Assembly (NCBI GenBank): GCA_016199545.1
Contig: JACQGN010000009.1
Span: 1-46,461 of the forward strand
DNA length: 46,461 nucleotides
Reading direction: 5' to 3'
Source of the DNA: Betaproteobacteria bacterium
GTDB lineage: Bacteria; Pseudomonadota; Gammaproteobacteria; Burkholderiales; SG8-41
In this document: positions 37,925 through 46,461 of the stretch, in pieces
Position numbering within the stretch: the first letter of the stretch is position 1
Layout of the letters: every line of letters begins with the position of its first letter
The notes under the pieces: generated by a model
Database searches by the model: none
What the model was told of the DNA's origin: nothing
Seen by the model: the letters and a program-made list of their open reading frames with translations, nothing else
Made by a program: the position numbers and the translations under genes

Positions 37925-38905
37925 TCACAGCAAGTTCATTCCTGCGGATTTCACCAGCTTCGTCCACTTCGCGATGTCCGCCTTGATCGACGCGGCAAAC
38001 TCGTCCGGAGAGCTTGCGACCACTTCGAGGCCGTCCACAGCGAGCCGTTCCCTGATGTTCGGCGCGCGCAGTATGGCAGTGGCTTCCTTGTGCAGCCAGG
38101 TGATGATTCCCTGCGGAGTCCCCGTCGGCGCGAAGAGACCGTACCACTGCCCCGACTCGTAGCCGGGCACTCCCGCTTCCGCGATGGTCGGGAGGTCGGG
38201 CGCGGCGGCGGCACGGCGCGCGCTGGAGACGCCGAGTGCGCGAAGCTTGCCGGCGCGCACGTGCGGCATCAGGCTCGACATGCTGTCGGTCATCATCGCG
38301 ACCTGGCCGGCGATCAGATCGATGACCCCCAGCGAGCCGGACTTGTAGGGGACATGGGTCATGCGAATCTTTGCCATGCTTTCGAAGAGAGCTGCGGCCA
38401 GATGTCCGTTGGTTCCGATTCCACCTGAAGCATAGAGGACAGGATCCCCTTTGGCCGCGAGTGCCTTCGCGAGCGCGATCATTTCTCTCACCGAATTCAC
38501 GGGTACCGATGGATGCACGGTCATCAGGTTGGGCGTGGACACCCCCATCGTGATCGGCGCGAGGTCACGCGATGGGTCGTAAGGGATGCTCCGATAGATC
38601 GCCGGACTGATCGCGAACGAGGCCGTGGTCAGCAACAAGGTGTAGCCGTCGGGCTTGGCCTTGGCGGCGACCGCGGTGCCGATCGTGGCGCCGGCGCCCG
38701 GCCGATTGTCCACGACGAACTGATGTCCCGCGCGTTCGGAAAATTCTCTTGCGAGCAGGCGCGAAAAAGTGTCGAGCCCGCCGCCGGGCGCGACTGGCAC
38801 GATCACGCGCACCGGCTGGGCCGGATACTTGGGCTGTGCCAGAGCCGCAGGGAGCGCTGCGATCAGCATCATTCCGCTCGCAATCAGACGTATCGCGTGG
38901 TTCAT
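37925..38905 (-). CDS. Bug/TctC family substrate-binding protein
   Basis: YPAQPVRVIVPVAPGG, DNRPGAG, PDGYTLL, HVPYK. Confidence 0.9.
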   Translation of the reverse strand: MNHAIRLIASGMMLIAALPAALAQPKYPAQPVRVIVPVAPGGGLDTFSRLLAREFSERAGHQFVVDNRPGAGATIGTAVAAKAKPDGYTLLLTTASFAISPAIYRSIPYDPSRDLAPITMGVSTPNLMTVHPSVPVNSVREMIALAKALAAKGDPVLYASGGIGTNGHLAAALFESMAKIRMTHVPYKSGSLGVIDLIAGQVAMMTDSMSSLMPHVRAGKLRALGVSSARRAAAAPDLPTIAEAGVPGYESGQWYGLFAPTGTPQGIITWLHKEATAILRAPNIRERLAVDGLEVVASSPDEFAASIKADIAKWTKLVKSAGMNLL

Positions 38906-38951
38906 CCCGTCCTCCGAACGTAACTCATGGATCCGCCCTTGCCTGGAAACC

Positions 38952-39162
38952 TCAGTAGATCGCCTGTTTTATGCGTTCCGGGTAGCCCTTGTCATGCTCG
39001 GCGGCGTCGATCGCCTTGTTGGTGATCTCTTCCTATGAACGCCCGATAGTGCTCGGAGATGTGATCGATCTCCTTGACTACGGCGGGGCCCACCGGCGCT
39101 CCGTACAGCGCCTCGAGCTCGTCGATGGTCGTGATCTGCCGTTCACCTGCCGCCGCGCTCAT
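38952..39162 (-). pseudogene. Internally deleted pyridoxamine-5'-phosphate-oxidase-like (FMN-binding) gene
   Basis: N-terminus ITTIDELEALYG..KEIDHISEHYRAFI joined out of frame to C-terminus EITNKAIDAAEHDKGYPERIKQAIY*; ATGA overlap with the hydrolase. Confidence 0.7.
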
Positions 39163-39959
39163 GCGAAACCTCCAGACCGGCCTTTGAAAAAGGGAACCAC
39201 CGTATCCACGAACAATTGCGGTGTCGCCAGGTTCATGAAGTGCCCGGTATCGGCCAGCACGTACTTCGCGCCGTGGATGGCGTTGGCTACCCGTTGCGCC
39301 TTCTCGGGGGGACGCTGCGTGTCGTGCCTGGCGCCAATGACCAGTGTTGGCGCCTTGATCTTCGCGTATTCCGGCGTCAGATCCACTGCGATCATCATGC
39401 GGGCCGCGGCCGTAAACGAGGCTGGTGTATTGCAAACCCAGCGGGACTGGTAGCGCTGGAAACGTTCCCGGTCCAGCGCGCGCAGATTCTCGGGGTAGGA
39501 ACGATCGTGGCTCGCCTTCATGGCGGCGCGTATCCCTTCGCGCTCGACCAGGACAGCACGCTCCACGCTTGGCCCGCTGCGTGCGGCATTGCTGTCGATG
39601 TTGGGGCTCGCCAGGGCGAGCTTCGCAACCCGCCCGGGGTGACGCGCGGCAAACCCGACCGAAAAATCGGCACCCATCGCGCAACCAGCCACATGCACCG
39701 GCGCGGTGATTTGCAGAGCGTCGAGCAGTCCGGCCAGGTCCGCCACCACGGTCTCGAAGGTGAGTTCGCGCACCTTCTCCGAAAATCCGAAACCGCGCTG
39801 GTCGTAACGCAGAACGCGGAAATCCTTTTCCAGTCCGGGCAGTGCGTCCTCGTAACTTTCGAGGCACCCGCCGGCTTCATGAATCAAAACCAGCGTCTCT
39901 GTTCCCGATCCGCTCAGTTCGTACCGCAGGCTCGCGCCGTTCGCTTCGATCCAGGGCAT
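39159..39959 (-). CDS. Alpha/beta hydrolase (enol-lactonase-like) with atypical GCAMG elbow
   Basis: LVLIHEAGG, YDQRGFG.S, VAGCAMG, TGHF. Confidence 0.85.
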   Translation of the reverse strand: MPWIEANGASLRYELSGSGTETLVLIHEAGGCLESYEDALPGLEKDFRVLRYDQRGFGFSEKVRELTFETVVADLAGLLDALQITAPVHVAGCAMGADFSVGFAARHPGRVAKLALASPNIDSNAARSGPSVERAVLVEREGIRAAMKASHDRSYPENLRALDRERFQRYQSRWVCNTPASFTAAARMMIAVDLTPEYAKIKAPTLVIGARHDTQRPPEKAQRVANAIHGAKYVLADTGHFMNLATPQLFVDTVVPFFKGRSGGFA

Positions 39960-39976
39960 CGCAAATCCCTGCGATC

Positions 39977-42262
39977 CTAGCCCCGTTGTTCCGCGTCGAG
40001 CGCGGCGAGCACCTTCGGCGGCGACATCGGCAGCTCGGTCAGACGCCGGCCGATCGCGTTTTCGATCGCGTTGGCGATCGCCGCCATCGGCGGAACGATA
40101 TTGGCCTCCGCCACCCCTTTTACGCCGTACGGGTGATTCGGGTTCGGCACCTCCACCACGATCGTCTCGATCATGGGGAGATCGGATGCGACCGGGATGC
40201 GGTAGTCGAGAAATCCCGGGTTCTCCAGTTTTCCGTTCCGGTCGTAGATGTATTCCTCGTTCAGCGCCCAGCCTATTCCCTGCACGACGCCGCCCTGGAT
40301 CTGCCCCTCGACGTATTTCGGATGAACGGCGCGGCCCGCGTCCTGCGCGGCGACGTAGCGCAGGATCTTCACCTGTCCGGTCTCGGGGTCGACCTCCACG
40401 TCGCAAAACTGGGCGGCGAAGCCAGGCCCCTGGCCGTCCGCGTTGATGGCGGAAGCCGCTACGATCGGCCCGCCGGTCGCGGTGCGCTTGGACGCGATAT
40501 CCTTGAACGAAAGCGGCGGGAACTCGCCGGCCCGCTTGCCCGCGGGCCGGGCGAATCCGTCCTCCCAGATCACATCCTCGACATCGATCTTCCAGATCTT
40601 TGCGGCCCGTGCGCACATTTCAGCGATCACCTTATTGCATGCGCCGATCACGGCGCGGCCGGTCGCGTAGGTTACGCGCGAGCCGCCGGTGGCCTGCGTG
40701 TAGCCGACCGAATTGGTGTCGGCGATGATTGGCCTCACCCTTTCGTATTCGATCCCCAGCGTCTCGGCCGCCATCTGGGCCGTCGAAGCGCGCGAGCCGC
40801 CGATATCCGGGCTGCCGGTCGCGACGACCGCCGAGCCGTCTTCGTTGACGTGCACGGTCGCGCTCGATTCGCCACCGCCGTTGAACCAGTAGCCCACGGC
40901 CATGCCGCGACCCTGGTTCTTCCCGAGCGGTTTGGTGTAGCCCGGATGCCGCTGCAGCGCCTGCAGGGTTTCGGCAAAGCCTTCATGCGCGATTTTCGCC
41001 CCGTAGACCAACTGCGTTCCCGGTTTGGCGATGTTCTTCAGCCGGAACTGCAGGGGGTCCATGCCGATCTTCTTCGCCGCCGCGTCCATGGTGCTCTCCA
41101 CGGCGTAAGCCGAGATTGGCGAGCCGGGAGCGCGGTAAGCGACCGTCTTCGGGCGATTGCACACCACGTCGTAGCCGATGGTGCGCACGTTCGGAATGTC
41201 GTACGGCGCGAAGCCGCACATCAAGCCGTTCATGACCGGTGAGGTCGGGAAGGCGCCTGCCTGATACTTCATCAAGGCATCGGCGGCGACGATATCGCCG
41301 TCCTTCATGACGCCGATCTTGATCGTCATCGACGCGCCGGAGGTCGGCCCGGTGCCCCTGAACACTTCCTCCCGGCTCATCATGATCTTCACAGGATGGC
41401 CGGACTTGCGGGACAACGTGACGGCCACCGGCTCGACATACACGACGGTCTTGCCGCCGAAGGCGCCGCCGATCTCGGCGGCATGCACGCGCAGGTCGGC
41501 GGTCTTGATGCCGAGGAGCCTGCACACCATGGTGCGCACCACGAAGTGTCCCTGGCTCGAAACCCAGAGCTCGACCTGCCCGTCGGCGTCGGTGCGCGCG
41601 AGCGTTGCGTGCGGCTCGATGTAGCCCTGGTGCACCGGCTTCGTCTTGAAGCTCAACTCGACTATTTCGTCGGCCGCTGCGAAGCCCGCCGCGATGTCGC
41701 CCATCTTGTACTCGATCCGCTTCGAGACGTTCGAGGGCTCCTTCGGCGGGGGATCGATGCCGCGGGTGATCATGTCCTCGAACAGCAGCGGCGCTTCAGG
41801 CTTCATCGCCTCATCGACGTCGATGACGTGCGGCAGCACCTCGTAGTCGACCTCGATCAGCTTGAGCGCCTCTTCGGCGATGGCCGGGGTGGTCGCGGCG
41901 ACGGCGGCGACGGCGTGGCCCTCGTAGAGCACTTTCTCGCGCGCCATGATGTTGCGCGTCATGTGCCAGAAATTCACGGCGACGCGCTCGGGGCCGACGT
42001 ACTCGAACTTCTGCTCAGGGAGGTCCGCGGAGGTCATCACGGCCTTCACGCCCGGCAACGCCTGCGCTTTCGAAGTGTCGATGGAGCGGATGCGCGCATG
42101 CGCGTGCGGCGAGCGCAGAATTTTTCCCCACAACATGCCGGGGAGGCTGAAGTCCGCGCCGTATTGTGCGAGCCCCGTCACCTTCGGCACGCCATCGGGC
42201 CGCACCGGACTCGTGCCGACGACTTTCAGTTCCTTTTCGGGATGAACGATCACGCTAGCCAT
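39977..42262 (-). CDS. Molybdenum hydroxylase large subunit (xanthine dehydrogenase family)
   Basis: RPDGVPKVTG, IGGAFGGK, AYRAPG, VEGQIQGG, GVKGVAE. Confidence 0.92.
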   Translation of the reverse strand: MASVIVHPEKELKVVGTSPVRPDGVPKVTGLAQYGADFSLPGMLWGKILRSPHAHARIRSIDTSKAQALPGVKAVMTSADLPEQKFEYVGPERVAVNFWHMTRNIMAREKVLYEGHAVAAVAATTPAIAEEALKLIEVDYEVLPHVIDVDEAMKPEAPLLFEDMITRGIDPPPKEPSNVSKRIEYKMGDIAAGFAAADEIVELSFKTKPVHQGYIEPHATLARTDADGQVELWVSSQGHFVVRTMVCRLLGIKTADLRVHAAEIGGAFGGKTVVYVEPVAVTLSRKSGHPVKIMMSREEVFRGTGPTSGASMTIKIGVMKDGDIVAADALMKYQAGAFPTSPVMNGLMCGFAPYDIPNVRTIGYDVVCNRPKTVAYRAPGSPISAYAVESTMDAAAKKIGMDPLQFRLKNIAKPGTQLVYGAKIAHEGFAETLQALQRHPGYTKPLGKNQGRGMAVGYWFNGGGESSATVHVNEDGSAVVATGSPDIGGSRASTAQMAAETLGIEYERVRPIIADTNSVGYTQATGGSRVTYATGRAVIGACNKVIAEMCARAAKIWKIDVEDVIWEDGFARPAGKRAGEFPPLSFKDIASKRTATGGPIVAASAINADGQGPGFAAQFCDVEVDPETGQVKILRYVAAQDAGRAVHPKYVEGQIQGGVVQGIGWALNEEYIYDRNGKLENPGFLDYRIPVASDLPMIETIVVEVPNPNHPYGVKGVAEANIVPPMAAIANAIENAIGRRLTELPMSPPKVLAALDAEQRG

Positions 42263-42265
42263 GGC

Positions 42266-42742
42266 TTAAGCCCTCCGCATTTCGCTGGCGGCATCGAGCA
42301 CCGCCTCGATGATCTTGTTGTACCCGGTACAGCGGCACAGGTTGCCCGCCAGCCAGTAGCGCACCTGTTCCTCGGTCGGATCGGGATTGCGCTCCAGCAG
42401 CGACTTCGCTGCGACCAGAACCCCCGGCGTGCAGACGCCGCATTGGAGCGCGGCATGCTCCAGGAACTTGCGCTGCAGCGGGTGCAGCTTCTCGCCGTCG
42501 GCCATGCCCTCGATCGTCTGGATCGACTTCCCCTGCATCTCGGCGCCGAGAATCAGGCACGAGCACATCAGCCGCCCATCGACCGTCACGCTGCAGGCGC
42601 CGCAGTCGCCCGTGCCACACCCTTCCTTGGTGCCGGTCAAGTGCAATTCGTCGCGCAGGATCTGGAGCAGCGTCTGGCGCGTTTCGCAAAGAAACTCGAC
42701 CGCATTGCCATTGAGTGTTGCCGTTACATGAACTTTGGCCAT
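42266..42742 (-). CDS. [2Fe-2S] small subunit (CoxS/CutS-like)
   Basis: GCGTGDCGAC, QCGVCTPG, NLCRCTGY. Confidence 0.95.
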   Translation of the reverse strand: MAKVHVTATLNGNAVEFLCETRQTLLQILRDELHLTGTKEGCGTGDCGACSVTVDGRLMCSCLILGAEMQGKSIQTIEGMADGEKLHPLQRKFLEHAALQCGVCTPGVLVAAKSLLERNPDPTEEQVRYWLAGNLCRCTGYNKIIEAVLDAASEMRRA

Positions 42743-43614
42743 CAGTTTTTCCTCCGCGCCCGATCGAGCGCAATTTGAGCGGCGCGCCGTGCCATCACGC
42801 CGGCAACCTTGATCCGGTATTCCTTCGTTCCGCGCTTGTCGTCGATCGGCCGGCAGGCTGCGCTCACGGCCGCGGCCATGCGCTGGAGCGCTTCCGCATC
42901 GACTTTGGTGCCGATCAGGGCGGCGGCGGCTTCGCGCACCAGCAACGCGCGCTCGGCCACTGCGCCTATGCAGACCCGCGCCTGGCTGCAGACACCCGCT
43001 TCGTCCAGCGTAAGGTTGATCCCCGCGCCGACGACCGCAATGTCCATCTCGGTGCGCGGGATGAAGCGAAGATAGGCATCGCCCGAACGCGGCGGGCGCC
43101 GTGGCAGCAGGAACGACGCGACGATCTCGCCCCTGACGAGCGAAGTCTTGCCCGGTCCGGTGGCGATATCCTCGACCGGCACCTCGCGTCTGCCGTTGGA
43201 CCCGACAACGCTGACGGTCGCTCCGGCGGCGATCAGCGCCGGAACGGTGTCCGCAGCCGGCGAGGCATTGCACAGATTGCCGCCCGCGGTCGCGCGTCCT
43301 CTCACCTGGATCGATCCGATCAGGTTCGCTCCGTCAATCACGCCAGGCCATGCCTTCGCGAACGCCTCATGTTCGACCAGCTCCATGCACGGAACGGCCG
43401 CTCCGAACCGAAACACGCCGTTGTCGGCAACAATCGAGGTCATCTCGGGGATGCCCTTGATGTCGACCAGCAGCTCGGGATCAACGCGGCCGCCGCGCAT
43501 CTGGATCAGCAGGTCCGTGCCGCCGGCCAGCACTCTCGCCTGCCCGCTGGCGCCCGCGAGCAGGGAAACCGCCGCCGCCAGTGTCTTTGGCGCCTCATAA
43601 CGCATTTCATGCAT
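42742..43614 (-). CDS. FAD-binding medium subunit (CoxM/CutM-like)
   Basis: LAGGTDL, RATAGGNLCNASPAAD, PIDDKRG..YR. Confidence 0.93.
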   Translation of the reverse strand: MHEMRYEAPKTLAAAVSLLAGASGQARVLAGGTDLLIQMRGGRVDPELLVDIKGIPEMTSIVADNGVFRFGAAVPCMELVEHEAFAKAWPGVIDGANLIGSIQVRGRATAGGNLCNASPAADTVPALIAAGATVSVVGSNGRREVPVEDIATGPGKTSLVRGEIVASFLLPRRPPRSGDAYLRFIPRTEMDIAVVGAGINLTLDEAGVCSQARVCIGAVAERALLVREAAAALIGTKVDAEALQRMAAAVSAACRPIDDKRGTKEYRIKVAGVMARRAAQIALDRARRKN

Positions 43615-43741
43615 AATTGCTCCCCCCGTTCGGGTGCGACTCCTGTGCAACTCAGCTACCCCCATTATGCCTTATGCTAGCCACCTTCTGACGATCGGCA
43701 TCGCTCCGTGGGCCAATTGCCCGGGCGGTGCCAAAAGAAGC

Positions 43742-43943
43742 CACAAGGAGTTTGTCGGACTGAGCCCCGACAAACTCCTTATGCAAAACTGGTACCGGAG
43801 AAGTGCGAGACAATGGAAGAGAATAGGTGACGCCACATACGCTTTCCCTCAAGTTCGACCGCTTCGAGTGGTTTTATGATGAACGGCCAGCCAGTTTTGC
43901 GTATAGCAGCCTGTGCGGGCTGTCAAGACCGACAGGCTGCTAG
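43742..43943. repeat. 202-bp divergent intergenic cassette, copy 2
   Basis: Inverted homolog of 5247-5448; hairpins AGGAGTTTGTCGG/CCGACAAACTCCT and TAGCAGCCTGT/ACAGGCTGCTA at the two ends. Confidence 0.85.
43783..43796 (-). promoter_or_regulatory. Sigma54 (-24/-12) promoter motif upstream of the M-S-L operon
   Basis: Minus strand GG-TACCAGTTTT-GC(A), GG-N10-GC. Confidence 0.55.
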
Positions 43944-43960
43944 AGGGGAGACCTGAGACC

Positions 43961-45193
43961 ATGAGTTCCGCAGCGTTCGATTTCGTGCCGCTTTTGCCCG
44001 CAGGGCTGCCGCCGCCGGCGGCGCGCTGGACCGGGCGCGTCAAGTACGATTTCACCGGCGGCAACAATGACGCCGACGGGCTGCCGCTCGAGGGGCTGAT
44101 CGCGGCCGCCGATGCAGTGCTCAGACGCGAGGGACGCACGCTCTCGACCTATGGGCTGGCGAGCGGCCCGCAGGGCTACCGGCGGCTCCGCGAGTTCCTC
44201 GTCGCCAAGCTCAAGGCCGATGCGGGCATTGCCTGCGGGGCCGACGACATCCTGATCACGTCGGGCTCGCTGCAGGCGATAGACCTGGTCAACGGCACGC
44301 TGCTCGCGCGCGGCGACACCGTCGTCATCGAGCAGGACTGCTACCAGGGCTCGATCAACCGGCTCACCCGGCTCGGCGTCACCCTGGTCGGCATCCCGCT
44401 CGACCGCGACGGCATGCGGCTCGACGCGCTCTCGAGCGCGCTCGACGATCTCAAGCGCAAGGGCATTCGGCCGAAATACATCTACACCATTCCGACCGTG
44501 CAGAACCCCACCGGCACCATCCTGCCCGTGGAACGGCGTGAGGCAATGCTGCGGCTGTCGGAGGCGCATGGCGTGCCGATCTTCGAGGACGACTGCTATT
44601 GCGACCTGATCTGGTCGGGGGAGCGCCCGCCCGCGCTCTACGCCATGAGCAAGCGCGGCGGAGTGATCCACATCGGCTCGTTCTCGAAGTCGATCGCGCC
44701 GGCGCTGCGGGTCGGCTACATCGTGGCGCCCTGGGACGTGATGTCGCGCATGCTCGCGTTGAAGACCGACGCCGGCACCGGCGCGCTGGAGCAGATGGTG
44801 CTGGCGGAGTATTGCGCGACGCATTTCTCCAGGCACGTTCCCGCGCTGCGGCGGAGCCTGCGCGCCAAGCTCGAGACGCTGATGGAATCGCTCAACGAGC
44901 ACTTCGGAACGGCGGTGGAGTTCGACGATCCCAAGGGCGGCATTTTCCTCTGGGTCAAGCTTCCCGACGGCGTGGACACGATGAAGCTCTACGAGCCGGC
45001 GCTCGCGGCGGGCGTCGCGATCAATCCGGGGCCCCAGTGGTCGGTGAACCAGGGCCACGCCCGCAGCCGGATGCGGCTGTGCTTCGCGAGCCCGAGCCAC
45101 GAGGAAATCCACCAGGGCGTGGCAGCGCTGGCCGATGTCTGCCGCCGCGAGTTCGGCGTGCCCGCTAGCAGCCTGTCGGACTTGAAGACGTGA
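43961..45193 (+). CDS. PLP-dependent class I/II aminotransferase (2-aminoadipate transaminase-like)
   Basis: ITSGS, YTIPTVQNPTG, EDDCY, SFSKSIAPALRVG. Confidence 0.9.
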   Translation: MSSAAFDFVPLLPAGLPPPAARWTGRVKYDFTGGNNDADGLPLEGLIAAADAVLRREGRTLSTYGLASGPQGYRRLREFLVAKLKADAGIACGADDILITSGSLQAIDLVNGTLLARGDTVVIEQDCYQGSINRLTRLGVTLVGIPLDRDGMRLDALSSALDDLKRKGIRPKYIYTIPTVQNPTGTILPVERREAMLRLSEAHGVPIFEDDCYCDLIWSGERPPALYAMSKRGGVIHIGSFSKSIAPALRVGYIVAPWDVMSRMLALKTDAGTGALEQMVLAEYCATHFSRHVPALRRSLRAKLETLMESLNEHFGTAVEFDDPKGGIFLWVKLPDGVDTMKLYEPALAAGVAINPGPQWSVNQGHARSRMRLCFASPSHEEIHQGVAALADVCRREFGVPASSLSDLKT

Positions 45194-45203
45194 CAGGCTG
45201 CTA
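45166..45203. repeat. TAGCAGCCTGTC hairpin repeat overlapping the aminotransferase 3' end
   Basis: TAGCAGCCTGTC-N14-GACAGGCTGCTA. Confidence 0.85.
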
Positions 45204-45301
45204 AACGTCGATCGCGCGCGGTAGCGGCGATCCGTAGCCGCCGGCGCCGGGCTTCGGCTATGATCTCGCGGAATATCTGACCTGTCGTGGAGGAAGCACT
45301 C

Positions 45302-46351
45302 ATGCCCGATACCATTCGCATCGGCGTCGTCGGCGCCGGCGCCAATACGCGCCGGCACCACATCCCCAACCTGAAAAAGATCGAGGGCGTCGAGATCGCG
45401 TCGGTCGTGAACCGCTCGCGGGCCTCGTCGGAAAAAGTGGCCAAGGAATTCGGCATTCCGCGCGTGCACGACACCTGGCAGGATCTCGTGAGCGACAATG
45501 GCATCGACGCAGTCGTCATCGGCACCTGGCCCTACCTGCACTGCCCGGTGACACTCGCGGCGCTCGCGGCCGGGAAGCACGTCCTCACCGAGGCGCGCAT
45601 CGCGATGAACGCGGCCGAAGCGCGGCAGATGCTCGCCGCCTCGCGTGTGCGTCCGCACCTCGTGACCCAGGTCGTCCCGGGTCCCGCCACGTTCGCGGCC
45701 GACCCGATGGTGATGCATCTGTTGGCCGACGGTTACATCGGCGAGCTGCAGTCGATGGACCTGCGCGTCCCAGCCGGGTTTCTGAACCGCGATGCGCCGC
45801 TGCACTGGCGGATGAACCGCGACTACTCGGGCCTGAACATCCTGTCGATGGGCATCTGGTACGAGTGCATCTCGCGCTGGGTAGGACCGGCGACGGCGGT
45901 CATGGCCCGCACCAGGGTGGCGGTCCCGTACCGCATGGACCAGGAGCGCGGAGAGCGCCGCTCGATCGCGGTGCCCGACCACGTCGAGGTACTGGCCGAT
46001 CTTGCGAACGGCGCCATCGCCCGGCTGCACTGGAGTTCGGTCGCGGGTTTCATGCCCGGGCCCGAGGTCTCGCTCTATGGCAGCGAGGGCACGCTGCGCC
46101 TGGAAATGCGCGGGCGCGACAACGCGTTTCTTTCGGGCGGCCGGCGGGGGGACAAGGAAATGGCCCAGATCGCCATCCCGGAGGAAAAGACCTACCGCTG
46201 GCGGGTGGAAGAGGAATTCATCAGCGCGATCCGGGGGAAAGAGCCGATCCGTCGAACGTCGTTCCTCGACGCCGTGAACTACATGGACTTCACGGAAGCG
46301 GTTCACATCTCGAGCCGCGAAGGACGGCGCGTCTATCTGCCCCTCGCCTAG
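45302..46351 (+). CDS. Gfo/Idh/MocA family oxidoreductase
   Basis: IGVVGAGA, IDAVVIGTWPYLH, AGKHVLTEA; GGAGG RBS. Confidence 0.9.
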   Translation: MPDTIRIGVVGAGANTRRHHIPNLKKIEGVEIASVVNRSRASSEKVAKEFGIPRVHDTWQDLVSDNGIDAVVIGTWPYLHCPVTLAALAAGKHVLTEARIAMNAAEARQMLAASRVRPHLVTQVVPGPATFAADPMVMHLLADGYIGELQSMDLRVPAGFLNRDAPLHWRMNRDYSGLNILSMGIWYECISRWVGPATAVMARTRVAVPYRMDQERGERRSIAVPDHVEVLADLANGAIARLHWSSVAGFMPGPEVSLYGSEGTLRLEMRGRDNAFLSGGRRGDKEMAQIAIPEEKTYRWRVEEEFISAIRGKEPIRRTSFLDAVNYMDFTEAVHISSREGRRVYLPLA

Positions 46352-46386
46352 CAGCCTGTCGGACTTAAAGCTCCGACAGGCTGCTA
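46349..46386. repeat. TAGCAGCCTGTCGGA hairpin repeat beginning at the stop codon
   Basis: Perfect 15-bp inverted repeat TAGCAGCCTGTCGGA-N8-TCCGACAGGCTGCTA. Confidence 0.9.
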
Positions 46387-46461
46387 AATGCAAAACCGCC
46401 CGCAGATTTGCAACGGAACGGTGCGAAAAGAACTGTTTTGGCCGTCGCCAAGGCACGGACC

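Noticed and set aside
43884-43900. Canonical sigma54 promoter facing the aminotransferase (also near 5290 and 46390)
   Set aside because: GTTTTGC is present but there is no GG at the required N10 spacing
5248-46386. CRISPR array from the repeated hairpins
   Set aside because: Copies are dispersed, not regularly interspaced, and no cas genes are present
300-46456. Long antisense ORFs such as 300-2465, 9142-11367, 32851-35394 and 43940-46456
   Set aside because: Shadow frames of high-GC genes on the opposite strand, with no motifs of their own

Overview
High-GC bacterial DNA, most likely betaproteobacterial (inferred from multiple Bug/TctC solute receptors). The backbone is catabolic: two molybdenum-hydroxylase loci, class III CoA-transferases, TTT transporters, FAH, amidohydrolase, GMC and FMN oxidases, a PLP aminotransferase and a Gfo/Idh/MocA oxidoreductase. 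Two accessory blocks interrupt it. (1) 6725-17148 is a tightly packed seven-gene minus-strand operon: thermolysin-like gluzincin, ComEC-type MBL hydrolase, a lipoprotein, a 1333-aa lipoprotein, a 155-aa unknown, a subtilisin and a free-standing propeptide-like (I9-like) protein. It is bracketed by a 67-bp direct repeat and is the best candidate here for an undescribed system. (2) About 24.5-28.7 kb holds a XamI-type restriction-modification locus whose promoter spacer carries two GTCGAC sites, with an RHH-like first gene and a nonsense-interrupted endonuclease, followed by transposase and trypsin-like remnants. A 202-bp divergent-promoter cassette with a sigma54-like motif and terminal hairpins occurs twice (5247-5448 and 43742-43943, inverted), and one of its hairpins recurs twice more. 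Several pseudogenes and deletion scars are present. No rRNA, tRNA, CRISPR array or integrase was seen. All family assignments come from motif recognition by eye, not from database searches.
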